DNA of 64,000 nucleotides, from positions 160,001 through 224,000 of the forward strand of contig JBDRLQ010000003.1 in the NCBI GenBank assembly GCA_043812915.1, in the 5' to 3' direction. Under the pieces are notes generated by a model. The model searched no databases, was not told the DNA's origin, and saw only the letters and a list, made by a program, of their open reading frames with translations. Below, in pieces: positions 55,571-64,000 of this stretch (positions are counted from its first letter, which is position 1; the number at the start of each line of letters is the position of its first letter). The translations under genes were made by a program, and so were the position numbers. This DNA comes from Candidatus Micrarchaeota archaeon. GTDB lineage: Archaea; Micrarchaeota; Micrarchaeia; Anstonellales; Bilamarchaeaceae.

Positions 55571-58500
55571 ATGAGGATTATTGTTATATTTTTACTGGGT
55601 TTGTTGTTTCTATCAGGCGTCTCCTTTTCTCTGACGAACGTCGTCGGATGCATGAATATCACATCATCCGACTATTATATCCTGAACAATGACCTGCTTG
55701 GCGCCAACATCACCGTCTATGGAGGCGGGCAGCGGGCATGCCTGAGGGTGGCAGCCAACGACGTCACAATCGACTGCGACGGCTACAGCATAACAAACAA
55801 CGGCGCCGCCTTCGCAAGCGGCATCCAGGTCGATGGGGTTACAGCGACCTCATACAACAACATCACGATAATGAACTGCCCGAACATCTCAGTCTATACG
55901 AATTCAGGCGTCTATGTCGACTATACGGGAAACAGCACAATCAGGAACGTCACTTCCTACGGCAACACGCAGAACGGTTTTTACCTGGATGAGTCTCACA
56001 ACAACAGCATCTCAAACTGCACTGCCCACAGCAACAACAACCGCGGCTTCCTCATTTGGAACTCAGACTCCAACAACGTTAGCAATAGCATCTCATTCAA
56101 TAACGCCATCAGGGGCTTCGAGCTCTACTACGCCAAGTATAACCGCTTCGAGAACTGCACTGCCTATGATACCGCGGCAACGCAGGATTACGGCTTCTAT
56201 TTCAATACCGACTGCGACTATGCGTATCTGCTCAACACATCCTCCTATGGCCATGTGAACAGCGGCTATTACATCGGTGGCACAAGCCAGCATTACATCA
56301 ACATCAATGACTCAGTTGCTTATGGGAATGCCGAGCGCGGATTCTATCTGGGTAGCACCTTCTGGATGAACATGAGCAACAACTCGGCCTATGACAATGG
56401 CTGGGACGGGTTCTATATCGATACGCCCTATTATCTGCTCTTCCATTACAACAAGGCCTTCGGGAACGGGCTTAGCGGGTGGTGGAGCAACCGCCCATGG
56501 ACAGAGAACGCTTCGCACAATATATTATACAACAACACCGTTGCCGAACTCAGCTTTGTGAGCACAACGCTAATCAGGTTCAAGATTTACAACCTGACGA
56601 TAGACAACCCCTATGGGGGGTTCCAGAATTATACCACCTTGGATATTGACGATCGGATTTACAATGGGGAGACGACGACAATCAAGTGGGACACCAACGC
56701 ATCCGCGCTCCCTGCCGGCAGGGGCTCATTCGAGCAGAAGATTGTAGACATCACAGCAACACCTGATACGGCAGTCCTCGAGGACATATACTTCAGATGG
56801 CCGGAGTCTGAGACAGCAGGATACAATGAGATGACTTTTGAGCTCTGGGAATACAACGCATCCGGATGGGCATACAAGAATGCAGCTTTGGGGGAGCTCA
56901 AGAACTTCCTGTATTACTACTGGCTAAATCCGAACAGCGATTACGCCATATTGGAAGGCGTGAGGGACAGGAACTGCTCATACATCAATGCCTCGGGCAC
57001 CTATTTGCTGCCCGGGAATGCCGAGGGCGAGGGCTACAGCATAAGCGACTACAATACCGAGTATGCGTGCATATTGATTTCCTCAGATGATGTCATCTTC
57101 GACTGCAACGGATACAACATCACCAACGAGCACGTCGTTTATGACAACGATTTTGCGATTTTTGTCAATGGAACCGAAGACAAAATCTACAATAACATAA
57201 CCATCCGGAACTGCCCCAACATCTCCGAATATGACGGCGGAATCACATTCGAATACAGCAACTGGAACACCGTCAGCAACGTGACCATTGATGCCGAGGG
57301 CCAATCTGCCTCGGACGGCGTGGTGCTCTACAGCTCCAATTACAGCAGTATCACGGGCATGCGGGCATACGACCTGTGGTTCTATGGTATCCAAATGATG
57401 ATGGGCTCGGGCTACAACAACATCTCCGACTGCCTTGTGGATAATGCCGAGAGCGGCTTCTATGTCCTCCACTCAGGAACCAGCTTCAATACTTTCGATA
57501 ACAATACTGCCAGGAACTGCGCGAATTCAGGGTTCAGAATGCTTGAGAGCGCTCCCCAGAACACGTATACGAACAATATCGCCCATGACAATACCTACGG
57601 CTTCGAGATTGAGGGCACGTACCATCACTTCGAGAACAATACTGCCTATGACAACACAGATACGAATTTCTGGGTTTCAATGTGGGCGTCCCCCGCCCCA
57701 TCCAACCTGACATTCATCAACAATACCGCAGATGGGGGCGGGGCGGGCAACTGCTTCTATCTTAGCGATGGGGACAACCACACATATATCAACAACACTG
57801 CCTACGATTGCGCAATCGGTTTCTCATATCTCGATCTTTTCGGCTTCCCTCCGGGCATGGGTCACAGGTTCTATAACAATACCGTATCGGCGAATGGGAT
57901 TGGTTTTGGCATCAATCTGGCCCATAACAGCACTTTTGCAGACAATATTGTCATCGGAAACACCAATGCCGGCCTGGACATCGGCGGTTCGGATAACCTG
58001 ACATTTTCCGGCACCAAGGTATCCAACAACGCAATACAGGGGGGAGTCAGCATTACGGACTCGAACCTGTCCTTTACAGATGCCCACTTCTTTGGCAGCG
58101 CGGCAACGAGCTTCTTCGTTGAATCGGTCGCCTCCACATCCAATATAACCCTGACTAATGCCACTTTCGACAATCCGCAGGGAATCTATCAGAATTACAC
58201 TAACGTGGATTTGAGCGACATTGTGGAAGTCGGCACCGCATACTACCTGAACTGGAGTTCCCAGCCGGCCGCCCTGCCAGCTGACTATGTCTCCTTTGCG
58301 GAGAAGTACCTTGACATCACTGCAACTGCGGGAGTGGTTTCAATAGATTCCATATCCTTCAACTGGCTTGACCTGGAGCTTCCTGGGTACAATGAGTCTG
58401 TATTCGAGCTGCTGGTCTTCAACGCCTCAGGATGGACAACCCTCAACAACACCCCGGATACTGCCGCAAATGATTTTGTCCAAACGAACATTAACCCTGC

Positions 58501-60163
58501 GAGCACCTTCGCGATACTGCAGCTAAATGACAGCAACGGCCCGCAGGTTGCTTTGGGTGAGCCTATCAATGACTACATGACCAACAGCACCACCATCAAT
58601 TTCAACTTCACGGCAACTGATGATCATGCACCTTCAATGAATTGCTCCCTGCTCATAAACGGCACGTACAATGACAGTTTGCTGGCGCTGAACAACACAC
58701 TCACCAATATCGTGGCGTCAGTCGGGGAGGGCGTTTGGAACTGGTCCATCAACTGCCTGGATTCCGCTAACAACTCGAACACATCGGCGGGCAGGAACTT
58801 CACTATTGATTTGACAATCCCATTCGTTAATATGACCGACCCGACGAACACCACATATGCCGTTGCGGCTGTTCCGCTCAATTTCATCGCCACTGATGAC
58901 TTCTCCGGAGTTGGGGCCTGCTGGTATACCCTAAATGGCGGCGCCCCGGTTGGAATCGCCGGCTGTGCGAACACCACATTCAGCCCTGGCAACGGCTATT
59001 ACGATTTCATCCTGTATGTGCAGGACAATGCCGGGAACATCAATTCCACCAACACATCATTCACTGTGAATGCAGCCACCCCTCCTTCCGGAGGGGGCGG
59101 CAGTGAGGAGAAATCCAAGGGTTCTGTGGGCACCGACGTATCCGAGGGTGGCTGGCTTACTGTCACGGTCACATACAAGGGAATCGGAATCGAAGGGGCG
59201 ACGGTAGAGCTGTATCAGTACCAGCCTAGCTTCGGGTTCGTTGAGAGCGGAGCTACAGATGGGGATGGCGAGGCATTTTTCCAGCTTCCTGGCCCGGGCA
59301 CATACAGGATTTACGTTTACGAGAGCAGCTATAGCTTCAACAACCCTTACCAGGCACTATTCGAGATTGAGATGGGCTGCACCGAGAATGCACAGTGCCT
59401 GGACAATGAGAGCTGCGCCCAGGGCAGCTGCCAGGCGGTATCAACTGCCGGCTGCGGGTACATCGCGAACCATACCTGGATAGGCTATGATTGTTGCGAA
59501 GATGATGATTGCCCGGGCAATCAGCTGTGCTCTGGGCACCAGTGCACCTCCGGGCCGCATGTGGAAGGCTCCTGCAGCAACGACAATGACTGCGGCGGGA
59601 CGGAATACTGCGAGTCAGGAAGGTGCAGGCCCGTTCCTGGAGACTGCGGCTATGCGGCAAATCACATATGGAACCATTACGAGTGCTGCGCGGATGAGGA
59701 CTGCGAGTCGGACGAGGTGTGCCGTGAGCACGCCTGCATACCTGGCCAGGACTTCCACATAGAAACTGATGAGGAAGGCTTCATCGGGGACCAGCACACA
59801 ATAATTGTCTACAGGGACGGGCAGCCCTTCAGCAATGGGGAAGTGGTAATCGTCACTCCAGACGGCCAGGAATTCAGAAGGAGTGCAGATGGCAATGGCC
59901 GTGTGATCCTGCCGCTTGAGGTCGAGGGAGAATACGAGGTGCGCCTGCTCTTTGAGAATGCGGTTGTCGACAGCGCTGCAGTCGGCTCCCTGAGCAAGCC
60001 CACTGTCCAGGAGGAAGACAAGCCATTCGCTTTCCTTGGTGATTTGGCCGTTGTATGCCCGGTCGCGATAATCCTGCTTGCGGCGATTGCCCTCTTCTAC
60101 ATACTCTACAAGAGGAGGAAAGGCGAGAAGTTCCGGTCGGTCACTGCGAAGAAAAAGCAGTGA
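55571..60163 (+). CDS. Large cell-surface glycoprotein: two right-handed beta-helix (NosD/CASH-like) modules, Ig-like domains, Cys-rich repeats, C-terminal TM anchor
   Basis: Signal peptide, N..xN..GF repeats, many NxS/T sequons, CxxDxDC repeats, TM followed by YKRRK. Confidence 0.9.
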   Translation: MRIIVIFLLGLLFLSGVSFSLTNVVGCMNITSSDYYILNNDLLGANITVYGGGQRACLRVAANDVTIDCDGYSITNNGAAFASGIQVDGVTATSYNNITIMNCPNISVYTNSGVYVDYTGNSTIRNVTSYGNTQNGFYLDESHNNSISNCTAHSNNNRGFLIWNSDSNNVSNSISFNNAIRGFELYYAKYNRFENCTAYDTAATQDYGFYFNTDCDYAYLLNTSSYGHVNSGYYIGGTSQHYININDSVAYGNAERGFYLGSTFWMNMSNNSAYDNGWDGFYIDTPYYLLFHYNKAFGNGLSGWWSNRPWTENASHNILYNNTVAELSFVSTTLIRFKIYNLTIDNPYGGFQNYTTLDIDDRIYNGETTTIKWDTNASALPAGRGSFEQKIVDITATPDTAVLEDIYFRWPESETAGYNEMTFELWEYNASGWAYKNAALGELKNFLYYYWLNPNSDYAILEGVRDRNCSYINASGTYLLPGNAEGEGYSISDYNTEYACILISSDDVIFDCNGYNITNEHVVYDNDFAIFVNGTEDKIYNNITIRNCPNISEYDGGITFEYSNWNTVSNVTIDAEGQSASDGVVLYSSNYSSITGMRAYDLWFYGIQMMMGSGYNNISDCLVDNAESGFYVLHSGTSFNTFDNNTARNCANSGFRMLESAPQNTYTNNIAHDNTYGFEIEGTYHHFENNTAYDNTDTNFWVSMWASPAPSNLTFINNTADGGGAGNCFYLSDGDNHTYINNTAYDCAIGFSYLDLFGFPPGMGHRFYNNTVSANGIGFGINLAHNSTFADNIVIGNTNAGLDIGGSDNLTFSGTKVSNNAIQGGVSITDSNLSFTDAHFFGSAATSFFVESVASTSNITLTNATFDNPQGIYQNYTNVDLSDIVEVGTAYYLNWSSQPAALPADYVSFAEKYLDITATAGVVSIDSISFNWLDLELPGYNESVFELLVFNASGWTTLNNTPDTAANDFVQTNINPASTFAILQLNDSNGPQVALGEPINDYMTNSTTINFNFTATDDHAPSMNCSLLINGTYNDSLLALNNTLTNIVASVGEGVWNWSINCLDSANNSNTSAGRNFTIDLTIPFVNMTDPTNTTYAVAAVPLNFIATDDFSGVGACWYTLNGGAPVGIAGCANTTFSPGNGYYDFILYVQDNAGNINSTNTSFTVNAATPPSGGGGSEEKSKGSVGTDVSEGGWLTVTVTYKGIGIEGATVELYQYQPSFGFVESGATDGDGEAFFQLPGPGTYRIYVYESSYSFNNPYQALFEIEMGCTENAQCLDNESCAQGSCQAVSTAGCGYIANHTWIGYDCCEDDDCPGNQLCSGHQCTSGPHVEGSCSNDNDCGGTEYCESGRCRPVPGDCGYAANHIWNHYECCADEDCESDEVCREHACIPGQDFHIETDEEGFIGDQHTIIVYRDGQPFSNGEVVIVTPDGQEFRRSADGNGRVILPLEVEGEYEVRLLFENAVVDSAAVGSLSKPTVQEEDKPFAFLGDLAVVCPVAIILLAAIALFYILYKRRKGEKFRSVTAKKKQ

Positions 60164-60211
60164 CGACTGCAGTCTTCAAACGTCTGAGACCGCGCTTCTG
60201 AGCATATCAGG

Positions 60212-60224
60212 GTTTATAAATGTT
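60212..60224 (+). promoter_or_regulatory. TATA element identical to that of the preceding surface-protein gene
   Basis: GTTTATAAATGTT at both 55541-55553 and 60212-60224. Confidence 0.65.
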
Positions 60225-60242
60225 ATTTCCGTTACTCTCCCC

Positions 60243-63200
60243 ATGAGAGTCATCGTCGTAGCACTTCTGCTCCTTCTGCTTGCAGATTTTGGTTTTTCCC
60301 TAACGAATATCGCTGGATGCCAGCTTGTCAACTCACCTGATTACTACCAGTTCACGGGCAACCTTGTGGATGCCAATGTCACCGCATCCGAGGTCTGGAA
60401 CATTGACTGGGCGTGCATCAAGGTGGCCTCATCCGATGTCGTTATCGACTGCAACGGCTTTGATATGAATTTCAACGGCATGACTCCAAACAACGGCTCC
60501 AACATGACTGCGGGAATCGTCATCAACGCCTCCGAGTTCCAGGACTACACCAATGTCACAATCAAGAACTGCCCCAACATCGTCGGCTACGTATACTCGG
60601 TCTATTTGCACAAGAACAATTATGCCAACGTAAGCAACGTGACCAGCTTCAACGGCAACGTCACTCTTCTGGTGTACAACAGCTCCCACAACCACATCTC
60701 CGATGTCATCGGCTACGGCCTCAACAACTATGGTTTTGCCTTCAATTCCCCTTCGAGGAACAACACAGTCAACAACACGATGTCCATAAACGCCAGCGAG
60801 GCGGGTTATTATTTCGGTGCAACGCAGACGTTCCTGACCAATGCCTCGGCGAATAACGGCAACTGGGCATTCTGGCTGTACTGGGGAGCCAATGTCTCGG
60901 CAAGGGATGTGCATCTTTTCAACAACAGCGTCGACTTCTACGCCTATTCATTCTCAGGCCAGGACATCAATTACACGATCACGAATATGACCTTCGACAA
61001 CCCGTTCGGGGACATGCGCAATTACACCAGCCTTGATATAACCGATACGATGGTCGGCGAGGCATACATCATCAACTGGACCAACTGGTCCTCCTCGGAC
61101 CCGACAGGGTATCTCTCATTCGAGGACAAGTTCGTCGACATCCGCAATTATACCGCAACCGCGATCGATTCCATCGCATGGAGATGGTCCGACTCTGAAT
61201 TGGGCGGGTATAACGAGAATCTGTTTGGGCTATGGAGGAACAACGGGAGCTGGACGGATTTGGGAGCCACGCTTGATGCTGGTGCCAACACACTCTCCCT
61301 CACGAACATGGTCCCCGGAAGTATTTATGGGATAATGCAGTTCAATACAACCCTGACAGACTGCGCCCTCATAGATGACTCTGGGACTTACGCTCTTGCC
61401 AATGACGTATCAGGTGCGCCTATTGAAGCCGACGAGCCATTTGGCATCAACTGGACATGCATCAAGATTGCTGCGCCAGACGTCGTTTTCGACTGCGCGG
61501 GATTCACCATTGCCAATGATGGCACTGCGGATGCGACCGGAATCATCATTAATGGTTCAACGACTTTTGATTATCTGAATGTTACAATCCAGAACTGCCT
61601 TGGGGTCAACAGTTATGAGACTGGCATCATGATTTACCGATCATACAATGCGACCCTTACGAATTCCTCAGCGTTTAATAACACTGATACCGGTATCTAT
61701 ATCGACCGCACTGCCAATGCCACAATCTCCGGCAATGTCGGGTACAACAACACTGACATGGGAATGTATGTCCGGTGTGACTACTGCGAAGTGAGCAACA
61801 ACATCGCTTACCTCAACGACCGGCTAAGGGGTTTCCAGATTCGTGGAAGCTTTGCCAATTTCATCAATAATACTGCCTATGACAATGATGGGGATGGCTT
61901 CTTCGGCACTTATGTCCAAGACAGCAATTTCACTTTCAACAGGGCTTGGAACAACTCGGATTACGGAGTTTACCTCAATGACTGTAACCGGAACAATGCC
62001 AGCGGCAACGAAATCTTCAACAGCACAAACAACGGGATGCACTGGTACTATGGACAGTACAACAACATCAGCAACAATACCTTCTACAACAACTTCGCCT
62101 CCGGATTCTACTTCGAGGGGATGGATGCCGACAACAACTTTTTCGAGAATGTGGCGTACAACAACTCCGATCATGGATTCTTCATAGATAGCTCAGAAAA
62201 CATCTATCTTCTGAATAATTCTGCATTTGACAATACACTTAGCGGATTTTACTCGGAGTCTTCCCAGTATGATGAGCTGGAAGATAACCTGGCTTTCAAC
62301 AACGGTGAGTGCGGCTTTGACTGGTACAGCACTGATGATGATAACTTCACGATGAACAAGGCCTATGGCAATGGAGCGTATGGGATTGTACTGAACCGCT
62401 CCACCAACGTCAACGTCTCACACATTCACCTTTTCAATAATACTTTGGGCGCACTCTACGCGCGCGCGACTGCGGCAACCGAGGATATCCTGCTCATAAA
62501 CGTCACAGTTGACAATCCATTTGGCACAATGGTGAACTACACAAGCCTGGACATCACAGATACTATTAATGTGAATACTGCATTCCTTGTCAAATGGGCA
62601 TCGCTTCCCGCAGCCCTTCCGGCAACTGCGAGGTCCCTTGCGCAGAAATGGGTGAACATAACCAATGCGGAGGGCGTAACCTCCATAGACACAATCGTGT
62701 GGAACTGGCTGAACTCAGAATCTGCAGGCTTTGATGAGACTCTCTTCGAGATATGGAAACACGACGGCTCGACATACACGGATGCGGGCGCTACGCTCAA
62801 TACCGGCGCGAACACGCTCACGCTTAATAACTTCAACCCGGCAAGCGACTTCGGAATCGTGGAGAACAACATCTCCGAGTGTGAGATAATTTCGTCCCCT
62901 GGAGATTACAGGCTCAACAACAACCTCACAGGGGCACCGATTTCAGCGGCTCCCCAGGGCGGGACCGCGTGCATCAAGATAACTTCATCAAACGTTCTCT
63001 TCGACTGCAACGGATACAATATCACGAACAACGGCACTGGCGGAACAACAAGGGCAATAATCGCGCTTTCGGGCCTGACAAACGTCTCTGTGAGGAACTG
63101 CCCGCGCCTGGCCGACTACAGCTATGGGCTCGAGTACTACAATACCGACAATGGCTTCATTGACAATGTCAGCGCTTTCAACAATGTGTATGGATTCCAC

Positions 63201-64000
63201 ATATGGACAAACTCGGACAACAATACGATTACCAGGAGCGTTGCCAGCGGCTCAAGCACTCATGGATTCTGGATTAGGACAAATGCGATTCTCAACAACC
63301 TCACGAACAACACCGCCGAATACTCCGGCAGCAACGGAATCTATGTCTCGAGCAGCGGGAATACTACTTTGAAGGACAATATCGCATACGGAAACAACCA
63401 CGGAATCGACCTGCTCTCGAGCAGGGGGTGCAACTTCACGAACAATACCGTGTATAACAACTCCTACGGCCTTTACTTATGGACAGGCGCCTATTCGCTT
63501 TCCTTCTATAACATAATCTCTGGCAACATCGCTTACAACAACTCATGGACCGGGATATTCATATACACCAACCGCAACAACATATCGAACAACCTCGCAT
63601 ATGAGAATGGCAGATATGGGTATGAGCTGGGGCTCAGCTTCCACAACATGGACAACAACATCGCTTACGGAAACGGCATAGACGGCTTCTACCTAAATTT
63701 CGCAGATGAAAACAACCTCACTAACAACAGCGCTTACAGCAACCTGCAGTATGGAATGCACATGAGGAGCGCGGAGGACAATCTCCTCTACGACACAACG
63801 CTCTACAACAACAGTGCTGACCTCTATGTTGAAAACACCCTTGGAACTACCTACGGCTTAAGCATGTCGAGGACCTTGTTCCTCAATCCTGCAGGCACTC
63901 TCGTCAACTACACCAACATGAGCATGAATGACACTGTGGATGCAACTGCGGAGTACTCAATCAGCTGGACAAGCCAGCCAGCGGCATTCCTGACAGACTA
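60243..64000 (+). CDS. Paralogous giant beta-helix surface protein, more than 1250 aa, truncated by the window end (not in ORF track)
   Basis: MRVIVVALLLLLLADFGFSLTNIAGC...; module motifs at 60447, 60996, 61491, 62511, 63003 and 63885 are all in the frame of ATG 60243. Confidence 0.88.
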   Translation, partial: MRVIVVALLLLLLADFGFSLTNIAGCQLVNSPDYYQFTGNLVDANVTASEVWNIDWACIKVASSDVVIDCNGFDMNFNGMTPNNGSNMTAGIVINASEFQDYTNVTIKNCPNIVGYVYSVYLHKNNYANVSNVTSFNGNVTLLVYNSSHNHISDVIGYGLNNYGFAFNSPSRNNTVNNTMSINASEAGYYFGATQTFLTNASANNGNWAFWLYWGANVSARDVHLFNNSVDFYAYSFSGQDINYTITNMTFDNPFGDMRNYTSLDITDTMVGEAYIINWTNWSSSDPTGYLSFEDKFVDIRNYTATAIDSIAWRWSDSELGGYNENLFGLWRNNGSWTDLGATLDAGANTLSLTNMVPGSIYGIMQFNTTLTDCALIDDSGTYALANDVSGAPIEADEPFGINWTCIKIAAPDVVFDCAGFTIANDGTADATGIIINGSTTFDYLNVTIQNCLGVNSYETGIMIYRSYNATLTNSSAFNNTDTGIYIDRTANATISGNVGYNNTDMGMYVRCDYCEVSNNIAYLNDRLRGFQIRGSFANFINNTAYDNDGDGFFGTYVQDSNFTFNRAWNNSDYGVYLNDCNRNNASGNEIFNSTNNGMHWYYGQYNNISNNTFYNNFASGFYFEGMDADNNFFENVAYNNSDHGFFIDSSENIYLLNNSAFDNTLSGFYSESSQYDELEDNLAFNNGECGFDWYSTDDDNFTMNKAYGNGAYGIVLNRSTNVNVSHIHLFNNTLGALYARATAATEDILLINVTVDNPFGTMVNYTSLDITDTINVNTAFLVKWASLPAALPATARSLAQKWVNITNAEGVTSIDTIVWNWLNSESAGFDETLFEIWKHDGSTYTDAGATLNTGANTLTLNNFNPASDFGIVENNISECEIISSPGDYRLNNNLTGAPISAAPQGGTACIKITSSNVLFDCNGYNITNNGTGGTTRAIIALSGLTNVSVRNCPRLADYSYGLEYYNTDNGFIDNVSAFNNVYGFHIWTNSDNNTITRSVASGSSTHGFWIRTNAILNNLTNNTAEYSGSNGIYVSSSGNTTLKDNIAYGNNHGIDLLSSRGCNFTNNTVYNNSYGLYLWTGAYSLSFYNIISGNIAYNNSWTGIFIYTNRNNISNNLAYENGRYGYELGLSFHNMDNNIAYGNGIDGFYLNFADENNLTNNSAYSNLQYGMHMRSAEDNLLYDTTLYNNSADLYVENTLGTTYGLSMSRTLFLNPAGTLVNYTNMSMNDTVDATAEYSISWTSQPAAFLTD

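Noticed and set aside
1..64000. CRISPR array, rRNA, inteins, reverse transcriptase/DGR, integrase or provirus
   Set aside because: No regularly spaced repeats, rRNA signatures, intein insertions (RNAP, MCM and LeuS are normal length) or RT/integrase motifs were seen

Overview
Archaeal chromosomal window (GGTGA-type Shine-Dalgarno sites, TTTATAAA-type TATA boxes, split RNA polymerase A'/A'', MCM, Spt5, archaeal ribosomal proteins). Compact gene packing, a KKGQ-type pilin locus, a tandem Lrp regulator and tRNAs with non-canonical introns suggest a DPANN archaeon, probably Ca. Micrarchaeota (inference). Most genes are housekeeping: rpoB/A'/A''-rpl30e-nusA, aspS, leuS, metG, trm5, truD, trm1, thiI, cbf5, cgi121, mcm, ftsZ-secE-spt5, apgM, glyA, iorAB. 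Features missed or misread by the ORF track: tRNA-Gly(CCC) with a T-loop intron, tRNA-Ser(GGA) with two introns, secE, rpl14e, two tiny Lys-rich peptides flanking a tnpA-only IS200/IS605 element, a frameshifted orphan, and a giant surface protein running off the right edge. Most notable candidates: (1) a 532-aa orphan that reads as two divergent GGDEF-like palm domains in tandem, one keeping the metal-binding acids and the other the base-binding residues; (2) a LipA homologue that has lost all four auxiliary-cluster ligands but keeps the radical-SAM core; (3) a type IV pilus locus with three uncharacterised coiled-coil or winged-helix proteins and a structured leader; (4) a TnpA with a C-terminal PIP box behind a three-way-junction RNA leader. 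All domain calls come from reading motifs by eye; no database searches were run.
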